64,000 nt of DNA from Selaginella moellendorffii (taxonomy: Eukaryota; Plantae; Lycopodiophyta). Every line of letters starts with the position of its first letter. The first letter of the stretch is position 1. A program made the position numbers and the translations under genes. Positions 23,373-34,768 of this stretch are shown here, piece by piece. The stretch lies in assembly GCF_000143415.4 (NCBI RefSeq), contig NW_003314268.1, positions 3,232,559 to 3,296,558 on the forward strand. Direction: 5' to 3'. The notes under the pieces were generated by a model. It saw only the letters and a program-made list of their open reading frames with translations. It did no database searches and was not told the DNA's origin.

Positions 23373-24931
23373 AGAGTTTTTGTTTATAGAGCATACACCC
23401 AAAACTACAAATCAAACATGAGTGGATCTACTCCCCAGCCCTTGCGATTTGTGACATTCCTAAGATCAAAGCACACAATGAGAATCTCCGCGGCACAACA
23501 GATCGGCAATGCAGCTTCGCAAACCGCCAGGCGAAGAAGACAAACTACCATGGATTCTCCGACCGTAGTGATTTTTACATTGGGGAGTTACGCATCCACT
23601 TCCAAACGGGTTCAAACGAATGAACTTCCTGAATATAAAAGAAAAACAAGAACAAGAACATACCAAGAAGAAATAACTATGTTGGGCGTTAGTAAAGAAA
23701 CATGAAAGATCAGGAATTGTATATATTGTAAGAACAAATTATGTAAGGGACTCCACCTTTTGCTCTGATAATATAAAATTAACAAAAGAATATTGTAGTA
23801 TTTCATTCTCAGTACACTCATTTTGATAAATTTTAACTGAAACGATGGTGAGATGGATCTGAACAAGCTATACATCAGGGATCTCATGCTTGCTCAAAAG
23901 CTTCACTGCAAGCTTAAGATCTTAGATGTGAACAAAGGCTAGAAAACACTCGCTTTATCCCCTTCTCCTGGGATTTGATATTGGAAGTGTATATAATATG
24001 GAGCTGGGCTTGATTGAATCAATTCTATGCCCGTTTTATGGATAATGCCAAGCTCGCAGCATATGCCCAAAGCAGAAACCTGGAATGCGGTGCCTTAACA
24101 CAAAGTGGTCTAGAGGGAATCCCTGCAAGGCTTTCAGAAGATTCATTAACAAGATATAATGTGCTGGAACGTAATGCTTGCCACATATGTGTTTGAGGAA
24201 TCCTGGTGTCATGGTGAGCTTTTAATCTTGGTGAGTTAGACTGGTATGCAAGATCCATCTGAAAGCAAGAAAATCTACATGATTGTAGAAGTAGTCCAGA
24301 GTTGTTGCACAAGTATATGTCCCTCTCACAAGAGAGCTTGTATGGCCCATATCTCAGTGTGTTCTCCTTGTATGCTAATTCACTTGAACAAACCAGAAGC
24401 TTGACTTGTACGATGAAAATCTATTTTGATCAAAGAAGTCAAGCTCAGTGGTTTTCTAAAGTGAAATAACATACCAGTCAGAAGCACTTAAAATAAAGCT
24501 GCATGGCCCATACAAGCTCTCCTGCAATAGAACCCTACTTAAAGAACAGCTTTGGATTACTTCTCCAATTATGTAGACTTTGTTACTTCTATATCCTTGC
24601 AAAATACAACAATCTGGTGGATTGTTTTTAATGGAAAACATTCAGTCTCCTATGTATCTAGTTGGGCGCCAAAGGATTTAAAACATGGCTGCCAAGTAAG
24701 ATTGGATTCCAGGAGCTGGGATTCTACGGCTGTGGATTTCGCTGCTTCAGAGGGACATCGTTGTGATGCAGAACATGCCAGTTTGTCGAGGATATGCTTC
24801 ATGCAGACACGACCAGCATTCAGACCCCAGGAAGTTTGGGCGGCATATTGGAGAGTTTGACATGCAGGCTTCAACACTTTCAGATGAATTTCCCTGCTGA
24901 AAATGAGAAATTATATGCTCTTCATTACTTT

Positions 24932-24932
<1 letters not shown>

Positions 24933-24982
<50 letters not shown>
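24933..24982. repeat. (GT)n(GA)n microsatellite
   Basis: Directly visible. Confidence 0.95.
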
Positions 24983-24985
<3 letters not shown>

Positions 24986-25574
24986 AGACTTGTAGAGTCA
25001 ACTGTTTCGTCAGCCATAGCCGATTTTCTACACATCACTGCACGATATGTTGTTTTATTTTTTAATGTTCTGGACTCTTAAATTGTAAGTAATTCTTGTA
25101 AGTGCTCTACTCTACCTTCACGTTGTCTCGAGATCGGCAACGAGACTCCGCCTGCAAGGTTACTCAGCTTATGAATCGTTTTTATTTCGAGTTCTAGCAG
25201 CGCAAAGACGTGTTGCGAAAAGTACCTACTGGTCAAAATCGTGTCCCTGGAGAAAACAGAAGAGAAGAGATTTTGTATAGTAGGTCCACCAGAGCTCTCG
25301 CGGGATCTTGGTTGGGGCCATAAAACAAGTACCTGGATATGTTCCTCATGTCAGACAGTGCAAAAAGAATGAACCACCCACCGTGTGATTGGAAAATTGC
25401 CCACCATCTTTTCGCATGAAAAGATGCCGGCTGTCTTCTTGCAGCCTGCAAGGCCGAAAAACACACGCGAAAAGTAGAAATCCAAAAACGAAAAACGAAA
25501 ACACCGTGAGAAAAACTCACAGAGTTTCGAAGCATATCGCCTCACCGAGGTCTGCGTGTGTAAGCTGACAGTAG

Positions 25575-26987
25575 ATGGCTGTTGAGAAGCTCCAGAAAAA
25601 CACGCTCGTAACATGCCGGGCTTTGTGCGGCTTGCTCGTCGTGATCGTCGCAATGGACCCGCTGCGTCTCAGCTTCGTGAGGCAGATCCCCAGCTTTCAG
25701 GCAAAGTATGTGGAGCCGCCAGTCCAAAATGCCGCCACCATGCTCAAGGATCCGAGCAACCGGCTGCTGGGAGCTATGCTGCGGTTCGAGAATGAGTTCC
25801 TGGGACCCGAGAGCATTGCCTTTGATTCCAAAGGACGAGGCCCATACACTGGCGTGAGTGACGGACGTGTGCTTCTGTGGCAAGGCTCCGAAGTTGGCTG
25901 GAGGGAGTTTGCAACGACGTCTGCGAATAGGTACGTGTGGGAGAAGAAAGACGAGAAAAGGTTTCTCTATCACGTTTTACCTCTGATGATGGATTGAAAC
26001 AGGACCAGAGAGTGCGATCCCCGGAATCCCCCGATCGTGTACTTCAAGCAGGAACACATATGTGGACGTCCACTGGGCCTGAGATTCAACAAAAGCTCGT
26101 CAAAGCTCTACATTGCCGATGCTTACATGGGTTTGATGGTCGTTGGTTCGGAGGGAGGCCAGGCACAGGTCCTGGCCAACGAAGTAAATGGCCAGAAGAT
26201 CAAGTTCGCCAACGATGTCGACTTTGATGACAAAGGCTTCGTATATTTCACTGATACAAGCACAAGATATCAAAGAAGGTAACAAAGCTCTCTTATTTCT
26301 TCTCTCTTTAAAGCGCGAGAAAAAAAAAGCGCAGACAGTACCTTGTTTCAGTGCTCGAGGGGGATAACACTGGCCGTTTACTGAGGTATGATCCTCAGTC
26401 TAAGAAAACCATCGTGGTGCTCGACAAGCTCCGGTTTCCAAATGGAATCGCGGTGAACAACGATAGCTCCTTCATCTTGATAGCGGAATCCATCACTGCA
26501 AGGTAGAAAAAAGAAAAGAAAAGTGGAAGCTATAGAAAAGGAGAAGATTGCTTACGCGATGTATCTTACCAGATTGCTTCGCTACTGGCTCAAAGGCCCA
26601 AAAGCTGGAACCACGGATGTCTTTACGACGCTTCCGGGCAATCCAGACAACGTCCGGCTCAACGAAAGGGGCGAGTTTTGGGTCGCAATGTACAGTCGAA
26701 GCAGCCGGATGGAATTCCTGGCCAGCCATCCCCGGCTCAAGACGCTCCTGCTGCGCATTCCAATCCCTCTTGAGTACACATTCTACTACCTTATGGGAAG
26801 ATCTTACGGCATGGTCGCGCGCTACAGCGCCCAGGGGGAGCTCCTCGAAATCCTGGAAGATCGAGAGGGAAAGGTCGTGAAGCACGTCAGCGAGGTGGAG
26901 GAGCGCGATGGCAAGCTGTGGCTGGGATCGGTGATCTTACCTCACATCGCCGTCCTCAATCGCCAAAACTACAGCCTAGAACCCTAA
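25575..26987 (+). CDS. Strictosidine synthase-like (SSL/APMAP family) protein, 4 exons
   Basis: GPESIAFD.KGRGPYTGVSDGR, CGRPLGLRF, YIADAY, FANDVD, YFTDTS, FPNG, PGNPDNVR. Confidence 0.93.
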
Positions 26988-27378
26988 AATAGTCTGTTAC
27001 AAATGAGCTTTGCGAGGGAAAAAGGTGTAAGGTCATAAAAGAGGAAAAGTGCCTTGAGGAGCCCTAAAAACAGAGAGAGCGAGGGTTTGGCGCGCGTGGT
27101 AAGCAATCTGGCCATTCCCATCGGTCTGTGCAGCTTAGAATTTCGTGTGATCCGAGCGCCACAGCTTAGAAATGCTTCTTGCGCTTGATCCACGCAAAAA
27201 TTCGCTGTTCCACGATTTCTGGCCTCTGGAAGTAGAACCTAGAGGTTTTGTAGAGAATTCGCTGGAAAGGAGAGAATTAGTAGAAGCTATATGACGCTGC
27301 TGCGTGGTGTGTTTGGCATTATGACATCTTTCTTTATGATTGCAGTGGCTTGGTTGTGATCTTGCTGGAAGAATTAAA

Positions 27379-28516
27379 ATGCCGAAGGACGTAACTACTT
27401 TAGAACCAGCTGACGATTTAGTTGAGAATACCGAGCTCGTTCTCTTTCACGCCAAGGAATGCTATGTCTACTTGATACCTCCGAGACGATCCGCTGCTTC
27501 TTACAGGTGAATAGCACCATTTCCTTCTTTTGCTTAAAACTATCACGTACTTTTCCAACTCCTGTTTTTTTTTTTTTTTTTTTAATTTAAAATCTCTCTC
27601 TCTGCAGAGCAGACGAGTGGGATGTCAACAAGTGGGCTTGGGAAGGAGCTATGAAAATTTGCAGCAAGGGTGAAGAGTGCACCATAAGACTAGAAGATAA
27701 AACTTCAGGTGGAAGCGCTTTACTTGAAACACAACTAATGCGACGTGTGTTTGTAGGAGAACTCTATGCGCAGGCGTCCGTGCGCAAGGACGAGCCTTTG
27801 CCTATTGAGCGTGTCATCGACAGCAGCAGGTTTGTTAGAAGTTACAATGACGACATAAGCATACTTCTTAGAGTGTTTCTTTTTCTTTTTGTTTCATTGT
27901 GTTCTAGCTTTTGTGTCATTGCAGGTACTTTGTGCTGCGGATAGAGGACAACTCCAGTTAAGTGCAGCTGTGTGAAGGAGACAGCTGACTATTTGTACTG
28001 GCATGTAGGTGGGAAGTCTCGGCACGCGTTCATCGGGATAGGATTCAGAGAGAGGCCACAAGCCTACGATTTTGAAGCTGCTCTTTATGATCATGTGAAG
28101 TATCCTTTCTTTACGTAGACAATTCTGCCGGTTTCTTTAACATGGTATAGCTACTTGAACAAGAAGAAGCAAGCGGAAGAATTGGAACAAGAATACCAGA
28201 CCAAGCCCGCGGTTGATTACAGTTTGAAGAGCGGCGAAACGATCCGCTTGTCTTTGAAAAAGGTAAACATGCTTAGAATATTTTTGTCTGTTGATTGTAA
28301 CTAATCGGGTGTCATGTATAGCCGAGCGGCGAAGCTGCAGGAAAGTCCACATTCACGGATGCGCAATCTCTGAAATCCTCCGAGGCTCCAACTGGTTGGC
28401 CATCTTTTCCACTGGGCCCTTCAGAATCTCTGACAAACGATGATACTAAAGCAAGTAGCCTAGAGAACACTGTAAGTGAATGTGAGGACGAGTTTGGAGA
28501 TTTTCAAACTGCTTAA
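27379..28516 (+). CDS. NECAP: Adaptin ear-binding coat-associated protein, multi-exon
   Basis: CYVYLIPPRRSAASYRADEW, GELYAQA, VIDSSRYFVLRIED, HAFIGIGFRER, DYSLKSGETI, C-terminal EFGDF. Confidence 0.9.
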
Positions 28517-29495
28517 GGGAGTACCATCTCTTTCAATCCGTCTATATATGCTGTCATCTAATGCTGTGTGATGGCGTGGAGCTCATTTCATCACAGGCAT
28601 TTGTGAGACACTGTGAAAACTATGGTTACGGTTGTAAATAATACTGCCTGGTCTGACGGTGCTTCTTTCCTTGAATTGCCCGTATTCCGCCGGTAAGGAA
28701 TATGAGTTTACTACTTCGGAGAGCTGCCGCTGTTGCTACTGACTCTGGTTGGTTCTCACTCTTTTAATTTATCCTCCTTTCCTCCATGTGAAGTGAGTTG
28801 AGCTGACGGTTGCATTCACTCTCTTGCAGGGCCGATAGGAAAGACCAAGAACAAGGGGTGTAAGCAATTTGTTTTGATGTTCCAGTTATCTTTGCTGGAT
28901 GGATTGCTGGGGCGCTTTCCAGTGCATAAACGCTGTGAGTTTTTAACGGTAGTTGAGACATGACACCAAGTTTCGTCTACTTGTGCCAGAATGACTAACA
29001 ACCAAATGTGTTCTATGGTGCAGATCAATCCATGAATAACGAGGTATTGATGGACTGCAAGAGAATTCATCCTTGGGTCCACATCCTTTATGCGGATCCA
29101 CATACACGGCGCCAGGGAATTGTCCTCTGCGTGGCGCCAGCCAATCGGACTTTATGTCCTCTCGGCTAACTGGTCGTCCATTAGCGCCAGTAGGTGCAAA
29201 GGTACCGCACACATTCCAGTGGTATGCAGGCCCATCTTTGGTTTCGTTTCTGACATGGTTGCCTCGTTTCTTCTCGCTTTCCAGCTGCACTCCATCGCTC
29301 TCGAGGTTTACGGCGGTCGTGCTTTGCAATACAGCGGCGCTCACGAAAGTTCATTAAACGAGCTTAATTATCATCCAGGCGGCTTTTGGTTTATATATCC
29401 TGGGCCACAGGACGAGCTCTAGATATCTGCAGAAGAGCCTGAGGAGGAGTGAAGGTTTCGGGACGCGGGCACACTTTCACGCTCGTTTCTTCGCA

Positions 29496-30011
29496 ATGGG
29501 AGAGCGCTCGTCTCCTCTGCTGCTAGCGGTCCTGGTAATCCTTGGGATCTCCTCATGTGGACTAACTGTTTTTGCTGCGAGACCCCTGGAAGAGCAGAAG
29601 ACGCTCGACTGGCTCCACTTCCCACCGCTTCCTCCATTCCCATACTTTTCGCATCCAAGTCCAGGGTATAAGCCGCCATCTTATTCTTACCCGGCTCCAG
29701 AGTACAAGTCCCCTCCATCTTATTCTTATCCCACTCCAGAGTACAAGTCTCCTCCATCTTACTCGTACCCGGCTCCAGAGTATAAGTCTCCTCCATCTTA
29801 CTCGTACCCGGCTCCAGAGTACAAGGCTCCTCCCACGGTTCCTTCGTCTCCAGCTCCGGTTTACAAGCCTCCCACGGTTCCTTCCACTCCAGCTCCGGTT
29901 TACAAGCCTCCCACGCCTTCTCCCGTCTACAAGCCTCCCACTCCGGTTTACAAGCCTCCGACTCCTTCTCCGGTGTACAAGTCTCCTCCGCCTCCGTCGT
30001 CGGGCTACTAG
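29496..30011 (+). CDS. Extensin-like proline-rich cell wall protein
   Basis: Signal peptide; repeats SPPSYSYPAPEYK (39-bp unit) and PVYKPPT; terminal SPPPP. Confidence 0.9.
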   Translation: MGERSSPLLLAVLVILGISSCGLTVFAARPLEEQKTLDWLHFPPLPPFPYFSHPSPGYKPPSYSYPAPEYKSPPSYSYPTPEYKSPPSYSYPAPEYKSPPSYSYPAPEYKAPPTVPSSPAPVYKPPTVPSTPAPVYKPPTPSPVYKPPTPVYKPPTPSPVYKSPPPPSSGY

Positions 30012-30340
30012 CGCGAGCGAAGTGAAAGCAATGTAGCAAGCTCTTTCAAGGTTCTCATTAGGACGTTTGGTTAATCTTCTTCATGGCTCAAGTGCTTCTT
30101 TGTTTGATCGACATAGGAATGCTGCTCTGTGGGAAGAGCGGAGAGAAAATAATATTTGTTCCAAGCCAGGCGGAAATGCGCAACAAGCGTTGCTCTGGTT
30201 TCTTTTCCTTTTTCTTTGGTTTTCTCCTTTCTTGTCCTGATCTTGTACATTGGGAGAGCTATTAAACTTTTTATTAGAAACAAATATTGAAGAACATGAC
30301 CAGCACTCAAATAAAAAACTCCAAAGATTGTCAAGACATT

Positions 30341-30421
30341 CGTGGACGGCAGGATTCGAACCTGCGCGGGCAAGCCCACATGATTTCTAGTCATGCCCAA
30401 TAACCACTCTGGCACGTCCAC
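30341..30421 (-). tRNA. trnS-AGA: tRNA-Ser (anticodon AGA)
   Basis: GTGGACGTGCCAGAGTGGTTATTGGGCATGACT-AGA-AATCATGTGGGCTTGCCCGCGCAGGTTCGAATCCTGCCGTCCACG; all stems pair; long variable arm; downstream T-run. Confidence 0.96.
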
Positions 30422-30668
30422 CTTATATGTTACATTTAGTTTCATGCCACTATTATTAAGAACTAAGCATTAGTATTACAGTTATTCAAAAGTGTTTTGC
30501 GTTGCTTGCATCATGTACCATTGTCTGTTTTGAAATCTTAACTTCCTTGGGTGTTCCCTCCTAAAGACTAAAGGTAATTTGAATAGAAAGTTATTTGAGT
30601 ATTTAGGTTCACTGAAATGGTTTGTAGTCTAGAATTTTTTTTCCGATAATAACTAAATGGTTTATAAG

Positions 30669-30671
<3 letters not shown>

Positions 30672-30712
<41 letters not shown>
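30672..30712. repeat. (AT)n microsatellite
   Basis: Directly visible. Confidence 0.95.
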
Positions 30713-30715
<3 letters not shown>

Positions 30716-31345
30716 CACAAAGTTTTAAAATGTGATTACATTTTATTAATAAATTTAAAAAAATTAATGAGAATACATGATGTAAAAGAAATGTTGATGA
30801 TATAATTGGCCACAATGATTTTAGAAAGAAATGTTATTAAAACAGCAAACAAAAATAAAAAAAATGTAATGAAAGTAATTTTGAAAACATCAAATACCAA
30901 TTTTATATAAGGACCATCATAGCTCCACCAAATACACTGAATTTGAAAATATTCTATATACTATATAAAACATGCTACTTTATATGAACATTATAACAAA
31001 TAATTGAAAAAAAGTAATATTAAAGAAATGGTAAAATAAAATTTGAGAGTGATCTATTCTAATTTTCATCTTGAATATGGGATAAATATAGTATACAACA
31101 CCATAATAATAATTATGTAATTTTATTATAATAACAAAATTATGATTTTAGATTGAACTACTAATGTATTCTATTTGGTATATATGTAGTAAACTTTCAC
31201 AAATACCTAGCTTTTAACTGAAATTTTTAGTTTTTACTTTAATAAAACTAATGGCCTTTTCGCGATCACTTTTTACCCTCAGTATAAATCTGTTGTGGGA
31301 AGCTAGGTTTTCTTTAAACCAAGCGAGAAAAAAGGAGAAGACGTG

Positions 31346-32275
31346 ATGGCGCTCGAGGATGGCGAGTTTAGAGACGACGAGTGTGGCGAGCTTCTCAACT
31401 GGTACACCAGACACGAGAAGTTGGGGCATGGAGGACAGGGCCAGGTCTACTTGCTGAGAGACGCAGCCCACAACCGCTATAGGTACGCAGGAAAGATGTT
31501 TAAGTCGGAGAGTTGTGCCGAAAGGGAGACAAGGATCTTGGACAAGCTTCGCCCCATTCCTGGAGTTGTCTTCCTCCGGGGGCTGAGGAGGGAGAGGAAG
31601 GTTGGCGGGCGTTGCTTTGGAACGATGGTCATGGAACTTTGTGGCCCTAGCCTGCGCGATCTAGCGATGAAAGGGCCACTGAGCGAGGAGGAGGTAGCCG
31701 AGATCGTTAAGAAGCTGGCGGAGACACTCCAGGGCGTCCACTCGAGTGGTGTTGTCCATCGCGATCTCAAGCTGGAGAACGTTTTCACCGAGCTGCAAGA
31801 TGCAAGCACGATCAGGCCGGTGATTGGGGACTTTGGAGTGGCGACCGACGATGCCAGAGAGATGAGCCAGAGCTGCGGGACTGAGAAGTACATGGCTCCC
31901 GAGCTTATCTTTGTCGAGAGATATGGGCTGTCTTACACCAAGGCGGTGGATGTTTGGGGGCTTGGAGTGATCGCATACGAACTCCTCAAGGGCTACAAGC
32001 GATCGAACCTGGAGATGCATTTGCTGCGCGAGGGGGAGTTCCAGTGGCCTGCCAATCTGTCGCCAGAGGCAAAAAATCTGATCATGGGCATGCTGGATTT
32101 GGATCCCAGGAAGCGATTGACACTAGATCGAGTGATCAATCATCCTTGGATTCTAGAGAACTGTAGCACCACACGGGCTACTCCTGCCAATATCACAACT
32201 TGTTGTGGAAGGAAGAGATTCACTCCACAACAACACTCTAGCCATCCAGCTGTGAAGAAACTCAGGGTGGCTTAG
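31346..32275 (+). CDS. Intronless Ser/Thr protein kinase (CAMK-group-like, kinase domain only)
   Basis: GHGGQGQV, AGK, HRDLKLEN, DFG, GTEKYMAPE, DVWGLG, HPWI. Confidence 0.92.
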   Translation: MALEDGEFRDDECGELLNWYTRHEKLGHGGQGQVYLLRDAAHNRYRYAGKMFKSESCAERETRILDKLRPIPGVVFLRGLRRERKVGGRCFGTMVMELCGPSLRDLAMKGPLSEEEVAEIVKKLAETLQGVHSSGVVHRDLKLENVFTELQDASTIRPVIGDFGVATDDAREMSQSCGTEKYMAPELIFVERYGLSYTKAVDVWGLGVIAYELLKGYKRSNLEMHLLREGEFQWPANLSPEAKNLIMGMLDLDPRKRLTLDRVINHPWILENCSTTRATPANITTCCGRKRFTPQQHSSHPAVKKLRVA

Positions 32276-32433
32276 CCAACACTTCCAAGCCAAAGCTCAT
32301 CGACAAACAATGGATTAAAGATCAAGCAGCGTGACTCAAAAAACAAAAAAGGTGGTAGGAGTTAAAACATTATTTTCGTTCTTAGGCATACTTTCTTAGA
32401 CAACACAAAATGAATGATTGAATTGTTGAATGT

Positions 32434-33976
32434 TCACATTATAATCCGCAGTAAACCAAGGCCAACAGCGGTAATAGACACAATTGTTCCTGCAACCACA
32501 AGCATGAACATGAATCCACCGTACAAATAGCAACGCTTACCTATGCAGTACTTGATTACTTCGTACTTTCCTGCTTCCAATTGAGTTTTGAGACCGTGAA
32601 TCTCCTGTATACATCCTCTATCAGTTTTCTGCCCCTGTGAGAAACAAAAAATACTCACCCGGTCTAGTTTGTTGGTTAAATTTGATGTTTCAGCCTGCTG
32701 CTTGTTCAACTCGTCCCTTATATGCCTGTGTCACACACACCGAGCACAGCTCATACAGGTTTATATCGCTGTTATATCGCTAGAGAAACCTGGAGTTTTC
32801 CTACAACAATAGATACCTTACCCCCTTTCCAGGTTCAAGTCAAGGCGTTGGTTTGCCTGTACCTTGTCTATTTCGTATCTGCATCACGCGCATGAGAGCT
32901 CGATCAAAAACGCGAATCTGTCTACTACCTCAACTCGCTTCTCATTTTCTCCATGTCCGTCCGGAGCCTCTCCGATTCACGCTGCAAGGTAGCAAAGTGG
33001 TGCTCCTGTACGCATCATATGAAACGAAGCTTAAAAAGCCGTCACAGTAGCTGTTTACTGACGTACCAAAGAACTCTGCATTTCAGCCTTGAACTTGGAA
33101 AGCGACGCGTCATGCATCATCTCACACTGTGTTTCAGAGACACGCAAACAAAGTCAGAGCTATACGAGCAAGAACTAGTCCATACACACCTTTTGCATGT
33201 CGGTCTTGGACGTGTACGAGTGTGCTACGCTCTCCAGGCTATCATTCAACACGGAAGTCACAACGGCGGTGATAGCCTCAGCTTGCCTCTGGTTGAGCTC
33301 TTGAGCTTCGAGCCTTCGCATCTAGGAGAAAATGGGAGAAGCTAGAGTTAGAAAAGCGAGAGAGGAAAGTTTCACGTACCACCGCGAGAGTATCGACGAG
33401 GAAAGCTCTTCGCGCATTGGAGGAAGCGGGCACTGTGGGTGGCGCCACGGATGACGTGAGGAGCAGTGAGCTAGACGGATTCGAAGGAGACGTGGGTGGC
33501 GTCTGCGCTGGCTGCGTGTTGTGACGAACACTGAGCTGCCGACACCGGAGAGACAATGGGTTCCAATTCAGTCGCTGCCTACTTGTGCTGTTCCTGGCCG
33601 CTTGCAAGCTAAACTCCGCTAGAGAGAAGGAAGGAGACGAAGAGGAAGGGCCCGGATCAACGTAGAGGGCGGGAGGAGCACACCACAGCGCCGTAGGAGT
33701 CGCCAACTTCTTCTTGCGGAGTACCTTCCTCAAGGATTTGCGAAGAGCACCCGACATGACGTGATCCCAAAACTCCAAGTAATCCCCTACATCCACGAGC
33801 GGTGGCGGTGTGGAGCAAGAGGGCGGCGGCGGCGGCGGCGGCGGCGGCAAATGGATGGGCAGCGCGAGAGAAGCTCTTCGCAGCGACGCCGAGGCTACCA
33901 TTGAGTGCTTCCTCCGGCGGGCGACGTGTAGGGCATACCTGTGGTAGCAGCTAGGCGCGCAGCTTCTCAGCACCAT
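32434..33976 (-). CDS. DUF1640 / FMP32 (CCDC90-like) coiled-coil protein, multi-exon
   Basis: AFLVDTLA.VRRLEAQ, QAEAIT, LKTQLEAGKYEVIKYCIGTI C-terminal TM segment. Confidence 0.88.
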
Positions 33977-34768
33977 GGCGCGGCGGCGCAGCTTCCACTC
34001 CCGGTGGCGATTGATTGCCGGACGCTCCCACGCCCCATCCGCGCATCAAACCCTAGAATGGGAACCATTTTGAAAAGCAAAGAAACAGACGCAAGCAAAT
34101 CCACGTCAGTTTCTTAAGCGAAAGAAGAATATTCGTACTAGCCCTAATTTTCTCCGTACGCTTAAAAAATGGGACGAATTCGATGATCGTTGAGAGATTT
34201 TTAGCTTGATTTAACTAGCCAGGATTATACAAACGTTGGTTCAAACGCTTCGTCTTCCAGTGTAGTGCCAGTAACTACCTGGTTCAGACGTGAGCATATT
34301 CTCGGCATCGCCTGGGGCAGGCGCTGGGTTCGAATCCCGCGGGCAGCAGCTGATGACGTGGCACACGCACCCGCCGTTGGATAGTTCAATGCACTTTGCC
34401 ACGTCAAAAGGCTGCAAGTTAACCGGGCGGATTAACCAATGAGCCTCGCAGGTTTAGGGTTTGATGGGCGGCCGCGGGGCTATGGCGCAGCTCTGATCAG
34501 CTCAATTCCTCCGCGAAATCGCTGGATTCTCGTCGCCGCTGGAGCTGGAGTCGATCGATAGGTAGACGGGTTTTTTCTTCCTCGTGTTTTTTCCCCTCAT
34601 CTGGGGAGAGAGGAGAGTGGAAATCAGGAGCTACTGTAGCGCGATTAACCGGGAGAGAGACTCTTCTTTGTCTTTTGGAAGGGGCCAGTTGACCAGTCCG
34701 AGTGAGAATTTGTGATGTCGTTTTGGGTAGCTAGAGTTTGAGCTTCGATTGGACTAGGGGTTGTAGCT

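Noticed and set aside
23930-24900. Possible decayed PPR gene (AYAQ, TWNAV, WNVML, LVSW fragments)
   Set aside because: Fragments are short and in different frames; cannot be supported without a profile search
29419-30039. 206-aa repetitive minus-strand ORF
   Set aside because: Antisense shadow of the extensin repeats
34245-34350. Possible tRNA gene (GGGTTCGAATCCC T-arm)
   Set aside because: No acceptor stem or anticodon arm could be paired; kept only as an isolated B-box-like motif
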